Position numbers and translations under genes: made by a program
NCBI RefSeq assembly: GCF_963676685.1
Contig: NC_092353.1
Location: 7,068,001 to 7,132,000 of the forward strand
Direction of reading: 5' to 3'
DNA length: 64,000 bases
Origin: Mytilus edulis
Lineage: Eukaryota
Shown here: piece after piece, positions 49,831 to 62,367 of the stretch
Position numbering within the stretch: the stretch's first letter is position 1
Layout of the letters: every line of letters starts with the position of its first letter
Notes under the pieces: model-generated
The model's input: only the letters and a program-made list of their open reading frames with translations
Told to the model about the DNA's origin: nothing
Database searches by the model: none

Positions 49831-51453
49831 CTTCACAGATACCAGTTGTTTGATTACATGTTCCTCCAATACAGTTAACGCAACCAAAATAGCAGCTGTG
49901 ACCATAATATCCAGGGTTACATTTAATGCAATCACCAGAAAACTGATCACAAGTTTTGTTTAAACAATAACTGGAACAAGTCAACCTACAGCTGTCACCT
50001 GTCCAACCATCTTTGCATCCATGTATGCATGTGCCATTGGTTGGGTCACAGAGACCATCAATGCAGCTAGTGTCACATCGTCGATCGCATGTCCCTAAAC
50101 TGTAAGGATTCTCATACCATCCCACTTCACAACCTTTAAGACAACGTCCTGTTCGGCCATTACATTCATCATATAAACAATTTTCACATCGTGCGCAAAA
50201 CTTTTCAAGTATGGGTTTGTAAAACCCACTATCACACTCATCGCAACCGGCAGCTTTAAAACTATTGATATTATCCTTAAACTGGGAACATTTGGAACAG
50301 TGTGGCGTAAGGAGTGAACATCCATATTTGCATGTGGAATAAAACCAATCAGGTTCACACCCATACGGACATACACCGGTTGTTGAATTACATACAGTGT
50401 CATTTCCGATACAATGGCTGCTGCATTTATCAACACAGTGCGTCCCGTAATATCCTGGCTCACACCCGTCTAAACATAACCCTGTAGTATTATCACAATT
50501 TAAATGTCCACCTATACAATTGTCACTACATCTACAACATCCTCCTATTTTCGGATACCAACCAGGATGTTTACATTCGACACAATGCGACCCTGATTCA
50601 TGTTTAAAACATTGGTCCACATCACATGTACATTGGTCACCGAATAAACCAGAATTGCACCGAGTACATTTTTCGCCACTTCGTTCACATTTTGTACAAT
50701 TAGACGGACAAGAACTTTCGCAATATCGACCATAATATCCTTCTGAGCATACATTACACGTAGTATTATCAATGCAGGAATCACAGTTGTCAATACATGT
50801 ATCATTACAGTCTTTTCCATACCAGCCTTTTGAACAGGAACAAGAACCATCAAACATTGAACAAATCGAATTTCGACAATTAACTGGGCATCGAAGTTCA
50901 CACTTTTCTCCAAACCAGCCTTTCGAACATTCATAACAGGTATCATTCCTTGAACAAGAGTCACAGTGTGCTATGCAATTAAATTGACAGTTGGAACCAC
51001 CGAACCCAGGTTTACATCCCCAACAAGTGCCATAATGTCGTTGACAAGCCGATTTGCACCGGTCACTACAATTGTTTTCACAATAATTTCCCCAAAACCC
51101 ATAATTGCAGCCATATGAACATTCACCGGTTTGTCGATCACAGCCAGCAACCGCGTTGCAATTTGAGGGACAATTCTTGTCACAATTATCGCCGTAGTAA
51201 GGGCTCTTGCAAGATAAACAAATTCCACTTTGATTACAATACTTATCGTGACATCTTTCCGAGCAGCTTTCTGTACAGTTTACACCATAATAATGAGTCT
51301 TACAATTTGTACATTCGCCAGTGATTCGATCACATCTATAATAGCAGTTGTTGGGACACGTCGAGTTACAATCGGATCCATAAAACCCATTCGTGCAACT
51401 TCCGTTACAATAGCCAGTATCATTAAAACATCTGTCAGAACAATTTATACAAT
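49831..51453 (-). CDS. multi-EGF receptor copy 1, large EGF-repeat exon (1623 nt)
   Basis: Open 575-aa ORF with repeated CxxG[YFW][YFW]GxxC modules; AG/GT phase 1-1. Confidence 0.92.
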
Positions 51454-53513
51454 CTGAAACAAACAATAATTTTACTCAATATTTTTGAAACGATATAGTT
51501 TCTTATGATATTTATAATTAAGTATTAGGTTAAATCATCTGATTTGAAACCAGGTCTATTGAATGATGCATTAGATAGGTCACCGGCAAGACTTTAAACG
51601 AAACCCGCGTCTGGTGTACATCCTGTTTATTCTAGTATCTATAATGAGATTATATATATATATTGAAATAGGAAGTTGTCCGAATCTATTGCATTTTCAA
51701 GAAACCAACATAAATGTACCGATGAATGAAGATGTGTGGCATACGACTTTGAGAAAGCAACATATAGACACATAAACAAATTAGAAAAAAACCCAGTACA
51801 AATTCGTTAAATGCGGTTGGAAATGGGGGCGATTTACTCCTTGGTGTATGTAGACTCCCAAATGTCTTTTGGTTTTTGTCACGTGTATGTTTTGATTTTA
51901 AAATACTAATGATTATAAGTTCTTTGAAAGAAGTGTTAACACAGTTTTTTTTTTTAACTTTTCATATCATTTTTTGACAGCTCCACGAAGTGCTCAATAA
52001 TGTAGATGCTATGTAACCTGTAAAATAGTGAATGTTTTGAAGTACAATACTAGATTTACATATATTGATCCTGTGGGTTAAAGAAGAACAAATACATGAC
52101 AACATGTTTTTTACAGTTTCTTCTCCTGTCTGGCACAATCCATTCTGAGCATGTATTTCGGCTGTTTGCCTTATAGTATTATAACAGAAACATATTTTAC
52201 CTCTTTGTCACATTGTCTACAATATTAATCAACTTTCGATCGTTCAATTCTAATTTTTGAAAGATGTGGAGAATCTCAAATTTGGTATTCCAAAATTCTC
52301 GCTTGGAAAATCATTAAACTTATCAATAAATTCTTGTATACGTTTCAAAATAATTAGATGTGGTAGTATTGCCAATAAGTCAACTAGCCACCAACCAGAG
52401 AACAAAATATAAGGCTAAAATTAGTAAACCACACTTTAAAGAAAATATATAAGTTATAAGTACCATATTGATCATTGTTAAAATAACGGTATGTATAATT
52501 GACAAACAATTATTTAGATTTGCATATTCTGTTTTACACGAATACTATCTGCAAGAATGACGACAAGAGACAATGTTGGGTTTCTATTCTATATATAAAA
52601 CATTTAAGAATAGATAAATACATAAAGTGCATTTTGAAATATATGTTTCTCCTAAAATTTGAATATTTCTGTTCTGAGACATTTGAATGACCATGCAACT
52701 ATAAAATGACTAATAGCAAATTTAAAGCAGTAGCAGTAAATAATCTACGACCACTTCTATTTATTATCCTATTTTATCAAATTGTAGATTCCTATCTTAT
52801 TCCAAATCAATTTCTCTTATACATATTTATTGGACAATTTCATTCGTTTTTCAGAAATTAACAGTGCTAACTGATATATTGCTAATTAAAAAGCTATAGT
52901 ATCAAAAACACCTTTTCAAATATTTAGCGTTGTAAGATACACGATTGCTTTTCTTCTTTTAAAGAAACAACTTGTGTTTTTTTTCGTACAAAGGTCCATA
53001 TTAACGGTGTTTATCATATAAAATAAGAAAAAAATGTGGTATGATTACCAAAGTGACAGTTCTCAAATGACACAGAAATTAACAACTATCGGTCCCAGGA
53101 CGGCATGAAACAATGAGTTAAACCAATAACGTATAGTCGGCTATAAAAGGCCCCGTACTGACAAATGAAAACTATTCAATTGAGAAAACTAACGACCTGA
53201 TTTATGTAAAAAAAATAATGAACGAAAATCAAGACCATTTTCTATTTTTTTTTTTTAAAGAATTCAACCTTTTCTCTTAACCTTTTCAACGTCCCTGAAC
53301 AATCACTGTATATAAACCTTCTCAGGTAATAAAGTAATAAATAGGTGAGTCAACCTTTGTGATACGCTTACTTCACCTTAACCTTGCATTAATATATGTT
53401 ACCTAATATAGTATACATACAATGAGATACAAATAAATATTTAAAATTAATGTACGCTATCGTGAAAATCCTGCATTTATTCTTATAATCATAATAATTA
53501 ATTATATTCATAC

Positions 53514-53601
53514 CTTGATTATTTTCACAGTGTATGCTTGTTATAGATACGGATACGACAGTTAATCCAAATAAAATTACTTGTAAACATGTTACTTTCA
53601 T
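53514..53601 (-). CDS. multi-EGF single-pass receptor (MEGF10/SCARF/Draper-like) copy 1, signal-peptide exon
   Basis: MKVTCLQVILFGLTVVSVSITSIHC; GT donor, phase 1 fits the next exon. Confidence 0.7.
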
Positions 53602-56393
53602 GGTGGCTACAGATGAGTGGAGATATTATTGCTGCACGTGATTTTATAATCTACTTTAACATTTCACAATAATAATAACAATAAAATTGCTTTAAAATCA
53701 GTTAGTGGATTCCCCCATATTTGTTATTTATCAATTCATAATATTTTTGTGACAAGGTAGGTCAAAGACATGTTATCTACCGCAAAATAAGATATTGATA
53801 AACTAAAAAAGGAACGTTCGGACTAGTTCACTTGATCCAAGTACATATAGAGACTTTAAACATTGTCCCTTTAAATTATTCATTCATTCATTGTTTCTGG
53901 CTTGAATGCTAATGATGCTGTTTTATCTGGTCACTGAAAGGGCACAGACAAGAGAAACAAAACGATCTTCAATTTATCAATAATTGTCTGATTACCCAAT
54001 ATAACTTGTTTTGTTTTAAAGAATTCTTGCCAGAGGAATACATGTATAAGTTAAACAAATTTAATATTCTAACAACCTCATGCTTATTGTAATAATTCGC
54101 ATCTTTTTTAAATTTGGAAATGACGCAAATTAGTTAGTAGCCATGCTTTGAATGATATTTCAAAGTAAGTTATTATTTGCCAGCTTAAAAAACAAATTTA
54201 CACAGAGAACTGGCTGTTGTATATAAATATCGTCACTTTGATTTCTTTCATACTAAAGATGTGCATTCGTTTGCATGTGCGAGATGCATAAGGCAAAACC
54301 ATAACAAACAATAAACAAGTGGAGCTGACCACAACCTGGCCAGAAATGTAAACGAATAATAAACAAAATGTCTGCCCTTATATTATTACACCTATACATT
54401 GCATTTATTGTATAATTGAATGTTCGCGTTCTGAATATATATATGTAATATTCTACAATAAACGTTAAGAAAATAACAAACAATCAAGCCATCGTATTCG
54501 TTTCAACTTCTTTATTTAACCCCCAAACGAATAAAATAAAATTTCAAATGATTCATCATTCTACTGTTGAACTAAACATAGATAACAGAAACCGCCAAAA
54601 TTATTGGACAGTATAACAAAAAGATAGCAGCAATCGCCGAGTATATTGAACAAACCAAACAAACCATTCAACATCGCCTGACTCCTCAACACAGATAAAA
54701 AGACAAACAAACAATGAAAATTAAGAACGAATAACACGTGATCCATCAAGCCTGATTTATTACTATCGACTGTTTGGCTACCACAATTAGTATAATATCA
54801 ACATAAACACAAAGTGCAGATATTTTGTTCATTTGAATAAATTCTCTATTGGTCCAAAGGACTGACACGGAAATATAAATATTTTAATTCCTAGTCTTTC
54901 CTGTCTGTTTAAAGTATGGCGGTGTTTGGAAACGCGATAGGTATGTATTTGCATGTTGGTCCAATCGGAATATTGACGTTATGTCTAATATTCCGTGATA
55001 GGTGAGAGCCATGCTTTTTTCATGTTTTAGAAACTTTTTAACAATTATCTGACAGATAGCACAGATGCCATGTTGAAAAAACAAAATGTTTGCCCCTTTC
55101 AATTAGAATAACATATACATGCTAGTGTAAGTCTGTATTTAACTAAATAATTTTGCCTTTTGATTAGAAACTTCGTTTTGAATTTTCTAGAAGTTTGATG
55201 TTTTTGTAATTCTACTTTTTACCATTTGCATTTTTTGTGAAATTGAATACCTTGACTAATCGTGAATGTTATACAAACTACAATCAATCGATTTGGTCAA
55301 ATTGGAAAAAAGTTTAGGGAGCAATTTTCTTCATGATTGACTTGCGATTGTATAAACCGAATCGATAAGAAATAGCTATAAAATACATGAGATAACAAGA
55401 ATCGACACATATATTCTACGGTGCTCCCTTGACAAAAAGACAAACTTACAAGATAGAATGCACGAGTATGATACATGAACTGATACAGTTATGGCTTCTG
55501 TATATCACCAGGTGTAATTTGTTGATTGAGGATATCTGAAGCAACTTTAAGATGAAGAAAAAACCCAAATTACCGCAAATTGCCATTTTTGTTAATCGTT
55601 AGAAGATGGAAGTTATGACCAGAAGGTGTGCAAATGGTATTGAATAGAAGATGAATGTTTAGAAGGAGTGTATGTCCCTCTAATAATCATACCGATAACA
55701 TTCAAACATATTTCGTAACACAAATTATATCGTAATAAGTAAATAGGCTATAGAGACACACACAATTCAAATTTCAAATTTACGAAAGTGGAACTCCTCA
55801 ATATATTTCTTCACCTGAAAAAAAACCATATGCTGTTGTGAAATATGTATGTAGAAGGGATAACGCAGGAAAGAAACCATAAAATGTATTTATAGTAGTG
55901 CTAAAGTAAACGACTGCACTTTATAACTTAAAAACATAAACTACGATATATCTGCCCTATAAGATTGCTCTTGCATAACGATCAAATAAATAAAGTTTAA
56001 ATATCAAAATTCATTTTAATTAGTTACACTCAAGGACTTATAAACCCCTTTAAAAGTAAAATATATTTTGAAAATACAGTTTTACCTAAGTTACTTTTAG
56101 TTTGGTTTAATGTTATACCTTTTTATCTTTATCGCCCACTGATAGTTATCTTAAATCAGGTAACAAACATACGGAAACCCCAGTGAAAAATCCTTCATTC
56201 GTACATAACCTTTTCCACACATTTTCCTAAACTTTTCAAACTAACATAGTGTGTGTAATTGTCAATCAAAGATGTGCACCTATATTGATGGAGGTGAGGA
56301 TTTTTCAAATCTGAATATGTTTTAGAGAAGTCTTCCGACGGTACTGTCATGCTTTCTAAGACACATAACGGAGATTTGTTTTGTTTTTTGTTA

Positions 56394-56925
56394 ACAATTA
56401 TCAAAGTTACCAGGATTATAATTAAATACGCCAGGCGCGCGTTTCGTCTACATAAGACTCACCAGTGACGCTCATATCAAAATAGTTATAAAGCCAAACA
56501 AGTACAAAGTTGAAAAGCTTTGAGGACCCGAAATCCAAACAGTTGTGCCAAAAAGGCTTAGGTAATCTATTCCTTGGATAAGAAAATCTTTAGTTTTTCG
56601 AAAAATTTAAAGTTTTGTCAACAGAAAATTTATTAAAATGGCCATATTATTATGATATTCAAGTCAACACCGAAATGCTGACTACTGGGCTGGTGGTACC
56701 CTCGGGGACGAAACGTCCACCAGCAGTGTCATAGACCCAGTTGTGTAAATAGTTATCAAAGATACCAGGATTATTATTTGATACGCAATACGCGCGTTTC
56801 GTCTGCATGTCTACATACGACTCATCAGTGACGCTCATACTAAAATAGTTATAAAGCCAAACAAGTACAAATATAAAGAGCATTGAAGTCCCGAAATTCC
56901 AAACAGTTGTGCCAAATACGGCTAA
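56394..56925 (-). mobile_element. retrozyme-like tandem repeat (~1.5 copies, ~355-nt period) with two damaged hammerheads (56428-56471, 56783-56834)
   Basis: Reverse complement of the 10-kb monomer; cores CTGGTGA...GAAA cgcgcg CC and CTGATGA...(8-nt dup)...GAAA cgcgcg TA. Confidence 0.8.
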
Positions 56926-57598
56926 ACACTACTCAATTCAGTATTAATGTAAACTTACATCTATTTTACTTATAAAAAAATTGTGTTATTTAGTTGACCT
57001 CTAGATAGCTTAAATCAGTTACACTGCAAATTATCAGATTCGACTCCATTATCTAAAAGGAAATAAACATTTAGCGGGAGATACCGCACATCATTTGTTT
57101 AATTTTCTCAAGTCTTTCCATGTTCTGCATCCTATGAACATGTGTTATGGGAACTGTTGACATAACTGAATTCATAAGAAAATATTTTTAAACACTTACA
57201 ATAATTTTTTACATCTTTAATTTGATATTATTATAGAGGAAACGTACCGTCAAATAAAGGGAGAGAAGAAAACGTGCTTCTCATAAACAATTTGTATTTC
57301 GTCTGTTTTTCTGAGTTATACTGAAAATCCATTTCATAAGTTCCACATTGTTCTTCACATAGCAGACTATGTCGTCAGGTGTTTTTTTATTATTAATTTA
57401 TACACATTGTATAATTGTGGCGCATTGATTTTTAAATTTTCCCCAACATCGTATTAAACGGATGAGGACATTTATCGTTTTCAGCAAAATGTAAATAATC
57501 AATAGAACACAACACACAAATTTATTCATGAAACATTTATATATTTACAAATAGGTAATGAATTGTATAAACTTAATGCGTTCTATTCTTTAGTGTAT

Positions 57599-60500
57599 TC
57601 ATTTTACTGTTCCGTATTGTATATTCTTCATTTTGATGGTATTGTCCACATTACTCCTGAAATTAAATATACAAATATATAAAGTTAACTCGTTTCTTCC
57701 ATAGATAATTTAAGTTCATCCTCATAGTTGATCACCAACAAATGTTCAGTTTAACATCAGTAATAAAGTTTTGTTTCAAAGATTTATTTGTTTCAATTGA
57801 TACCTAACTTTCATACTTGTTAATTTAAAATCGACTTCAATAACAAACGAATACTTTCACAGCAAAATGAACAATTAGAGAGTTATGACGTCATCATTCC
57901 AGAGATTGTCGTCCCCTGTATGAATTGGTTGACAATGGCAATATGTTAAGTCGATGATTACTCGTTGTCGTGATCTTTAAATCGTTAGACATCAAAAATG
58001 GCCTTACATGCATCGGTGTTCTTTTCCCGATTATAATATATGTTCGAAAAAGTCATGTTTTGGACTACGGGTTATATCCATGCATAAAAAGATATGCTTA
58101 CTCTGTGGACGCGCTTAGTATCGCTCCGCTTGGAGTTGATGCGATTTTCACGGACTGTTAAATCATTCATAACAAGAAATGATTACAGAGTCTAACTTCC
58201 TATTACGATATGATTTTATTTCTCTCAAAGCTGTTATATGTGTGTACCCTTAGAATAATATAACACATCACAAACTTGCGTGAAGTTGTACGCGTTGATA
58301 ATGGTAGTCTCAATAATTTTTCATATTTTGTGAATTTATTCTATCAATAGTAATTCATGAGTTTTAACATATCAAAATTAAATGTTTCTGCAATAAGTCT
58401 ATTCGCCAATATGAAAAAAAAATTAATTTATTCAGATGAATACAATTTTTTTTTTCAAAACGATTTTAATGGATTCAATTTAGGAATTCTGGTGGAAAAG
58501 TTCCATCATTCTAAACTATACCTGTGCCTATGTATGAAATATACCAAACCGACCATCAACATCACAGCAGCTGCACATCCAATAGCGATTCCTGCCACCA
58601 AACCAATAGAAAGTGCTGTTTCTTTAGCATGTTCTTTAACTAAAATAACCAAAAGAAAAAAGATTATTATTATGAAAAAATAAATAGATACGCTTCAACA
58701 AAAACATGATGCAATTGCTATGTTTTCGAATAATTTGAATTGCTAGAGCATATGAATATATAACTCCATCCCGCACTGCCTCTACCTACGGAGGTTTCTA
58801 CTGTTTTAATATAAATGTGTTCTAGTCCTGAACTAGCATAAGCTATTTGACACTGGACGTTTGTCAACCAATGATCAATCATCATCAATCTATAAAATGT
58901 TAGCTTGTTCTCGTGAATCATTTTGTTTCATATTCATGCATTGCATAAAATACAACTTGGAGATAAAACCACATTTTAAAATCAAGAATTATATTTTTTT
59001 CTACCGTATACATGTATTTTAAATGGAGGTAGAATAATATACATATTTATCAATGGTTTTACATTGTATTATTTCTGTAAAATTTTGTTTGATATAACTC
59101 ATTTGTAAATTTTGAAAGTTTATAAAAAAACCTTAAAAGTCCCTGATAGTAGAACTGATCACAAATGGATATTTATATATACCTTCACAAGTGCCAGTAG
59201 TTTGATTACATGTTCCTCCAAGACAGTTGCCACAACCGTGATAGCAATTATTACCATAATGTCCAGGTTCACATTTTAAACAATCACCAGAAAATTGATC
59301 GCAAGTTTCATTTAAACAATAACCAAAACAAGGTAAAAAAAAAACATATGTCACCTCTCAAACCATCTTTACATCCATGTATACATGTTCCATTAATTGG
59401 GTCACATAAATCTTCAGTGCAGCCCGTTTCACATCTTAAGCAGTATTTTCTGAAACTATAAGGATTCTTATACCATCCTGGCGTACAACCTTCAATACAA
59501 TCTCCTGTACTACCATTACATTTGTAAAACCCATCATTGCAAGCATCGCAACTTGCATATTCAGAATTACGTTTATTTTAAAACTGGGTACATTTGGAGA
59601 AAAAAAAAAGTAAAATCACAAAAATACTGAACTTAGAGGAATATCAATTCGGAAAGTCCATAATCACATGGCAAAATCAAAAAAACAAAACGTATCAAAA
59701 ACGAATGGACAAGAACTGTCATATTTCTGACTTGGTACAGGCATTTTCAAATGTAGAAAATGGTGGATTAAACCTGGTTCTATAGCGTTAACCCTCTCAC
59801 TTTAATGACAGTCTCATCAAATTCCATCTGGGTACATTTAGAGCAGTGTGGCGTTAGGAGGGAAAATCCGTATTTGCATGTGGAATAATACCAATCAGGT
59901 TCACATCCATCCGGACATACACCGGTTGTTGAATTACAAACAGTGTCATGTCCAATACAATGGCTGTTGCATTTATCAACACAGTGTTTCCCGTAATATC
60001 CCGACTCACACCCGTCTAAATATGCACCAGTGGTATTATCACAGTGTAAATGTCCGCCATTATAATTGTCACTACATCTACAACATCCACCTATTTCCGG
60101 ATACCAACCAGAATTTTTACATTTGACACAGCGCCAACCAGATTCATGTCTCGAGCATTGGTCCAAGTCGCAAGTATATTGGTCACCAAATTTTCTCGTT
60201 GAATTAAATCTGGTGCATTTTGCACCGTCCCTTGTGCATTATGTACAATTATTAGGACAAGAATTTTCGCAATATCGACCATAATATCCCTTGAGCATAC
60301 ATTACAAGTAATATTATCGATGCCGAATTCCGACAGTTCACTGGGCATTGTAGTTCACATTTGTTTCCAAACCAGCCTTTTGAATATTTATTACAAGTAT
60401 CATTCTCGCTACACGAGTCGCAGTGTGCTATGCAGTTCAGCTGACAGTTGGAACCACCGTAACCAGGTTTACATGAATAAGTAGAACAAATGTCATGTGT

Positions 60501-60913
60501 TCGATCACATGACTCGCACCTGTCATTGCAATTGTCCTCACATGACTTCCCCCAAAACCCAGCATTGCATGCAATAGTACATTCACCAGTTTGTTGGTCA
60601 CAGAAACTACCTTCGCGGCAGTTTGAGTGACAATTCTTTTCGCAATGATCTCCATAGAAAGACCTCTTGCAAACATTACAAAATCCACTTTGATTACAAT
60701 AATTTTTGTAACATCTTTCTGGGCAGGTGTCAGTACAGTTTACACCATAATATGATCTCTTACAATATGTACATTAGCCTGTACTTCTGTGACATCCATA
60801 CATGCAGTTTTTTGGACATGTCGAGCTAAATTCGGACCCAAAGTACCCATCTAGACAACTTCCGTTACAATAACCAGTCAGATTATTACATCCATTAGAA
60901 CAATTTATACAAT
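57599..60913 (-). pseudogene. multi-EGF receptor copy 2, pseudogene (exons 59183-60913, 58522-58639, 57599-57656)
   Basis: Collinear with copy 1; in-frame TAA at 60776-60774 (GAA in copy 1), ~90-bp deletion near 60323, frameshifts, repeat insertion 59600-59827. Confidence 0.85.
59600..59827 (-). mobile_element. dispersed repeat inserted into the EGF exon with a 16-bp TSD
   Basis: ctgggtacatttggag (59584-59599) / ctgggtacatttagag (59828-59843); same family near 36371 and 45309; strand inferred. Confidence 0.8.
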
Positions 60914-61021
60914 CTGAAAGGAAGGATAGCTTTATCTAGTCTATAACTTATACAGGTTAGTCTGCCTTTAGAAACATCAATTTCTATGAATGTAAAGAGA
61001 TGCGTGGCATACATTTCATGG

Positions 61022-61165
61022 NNNNNNNNNNNNNNNNNNNNNNNNNNNNNNNNNNNNNNNNNNNNNNNNNNNNNNNNNNNNNNNNNNNNNNNNNNNNNNN
61101 NNNNNNNNNNNNNNNNNNNNNNNNNNNNNNNNNNNNNNNNNNNNNNNNNNNNNNNNNNNNNNNNN
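61022..61165. other. assembly gap (144 N)
   Basis: Run of N. Confidence 1.
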
Positions 61166-62367
61166 CACAATTAATTTCAACTGAGCTAATACAGAGCTTG
61201 GCACTTTGTTGAGACCCTAGTGTATTCCTGAATAATTTCTGTTGACGTCTCTTTTAGATTATGCATCGTGTATTTTGTATCTTTAAGATATCAATTAATT
61301 GTTCTTTTGTACATGTGTGCACAACATCACGTAAACTTTGCATCATTGTCTACAGCAGTAATATGCAGCTCTAAATAGATGTTGATTATATGGAAATATC
61401 AAATTCAATTTATTTTGACTCTTTTATATTCGAATCTCAGTGGGTGTTAAAAACTTTCTTTGTTTGACACCATTTATAATGTTTTCCGCACTTTTTTTCT
61501 AGGTATTGGCATCAGCCTTGTTCGCCTATTCTAATAGAAAAAACTGATTTTAATCCCGTTGTCTTCAGTATAAATTCTCAATTATTAGATATAAAAAAGA
61601 AGATGTGGTATGATTGCCAATGAGACAACTCTCTACAAGAGACCAAAATAAAACACAGAAATTATCAACTCAGCTTTGAAAAATGTTTGGTAAAGCAAAT
61701 TTGCATAACGATTTAGCTGTATGGAGTGCCCTATCGATACCATCACATTGCTGAGGTAGAATCAAGTATACATATTACAATAAGGAGGTGTACTATGATT
61801 TCCTGTTAGAAAACTATCCACTGGATGGAGATGGAACTAACGTTATGACATTGTACGGCATTCAACAATGACAAAACCTTTACTTGAAAGTACTAAGCTA
61901 TATAAATGCTCCATTCCTTTCCTGTCTTGATAAAATAGAAACTTAATGTAACTTTAAGCTTGAAGAACAAAGCTATGACGTTTTCTGCTAAACATTGGGA
62001 AAATTATATGTTTTTCATTTTAAAGTAATTGGACTCTACATGAACTGAATAACAAAACAATAAATTAATATAATAATAACATGATTTTTGAAGACATGTT
62101 AAACTACGTACAAAAGTTAGAATATCTTAAAGATATTAATGTGCACTATAAATTACTGATAAACTTTATCTGCAGCAGATTATTATCTATTTATCTTTAA
62201 GACTGAGATAGCCTCTCTTTTCATGATGCCTTCGTATAGCATTTGTTTTGTGAGACTTTTCCAATATAAGCATTCACGAAACTCAATAATAGCATTTTAT
62301 TGTTAAATAATTTGTCGATTTTAAAATTGAAAGCAACTACTTTAACGAGTACAAATAACTAGAATAC

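Noticed and set aside
50095-51457. Several overlapping ORFs in alternative frames/strands of the EGF exon (also 63132-63770 over the LINE)
   Set aside because: Shadow ORFs of real coding sequence with no recognisable motifs
51579-51617. Hammerhead-like remnant (gaaacccgcgtctggtgt)
   Set aside because: CUGANGA and stem II are lost; counted only as a decayed repeat, not a ribozyme
51950-52180. Possible extra small exons (EMI-like) in EGF gene intron 1, weakly similar to 61330-61540
   Set aside because: No consistent open, phase-compatible exon with good splice sites found by eye
55240-58330. Further highly decayed PLE-like RT traces (~55.3-55.5 kb and ~57.9-58.3 kb)
   Set aside because: Motifs too eroded to support by eye; needs a profile search
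60895-61212. ORFs containing X runs
   Set aside because: Artefacts of the N gap
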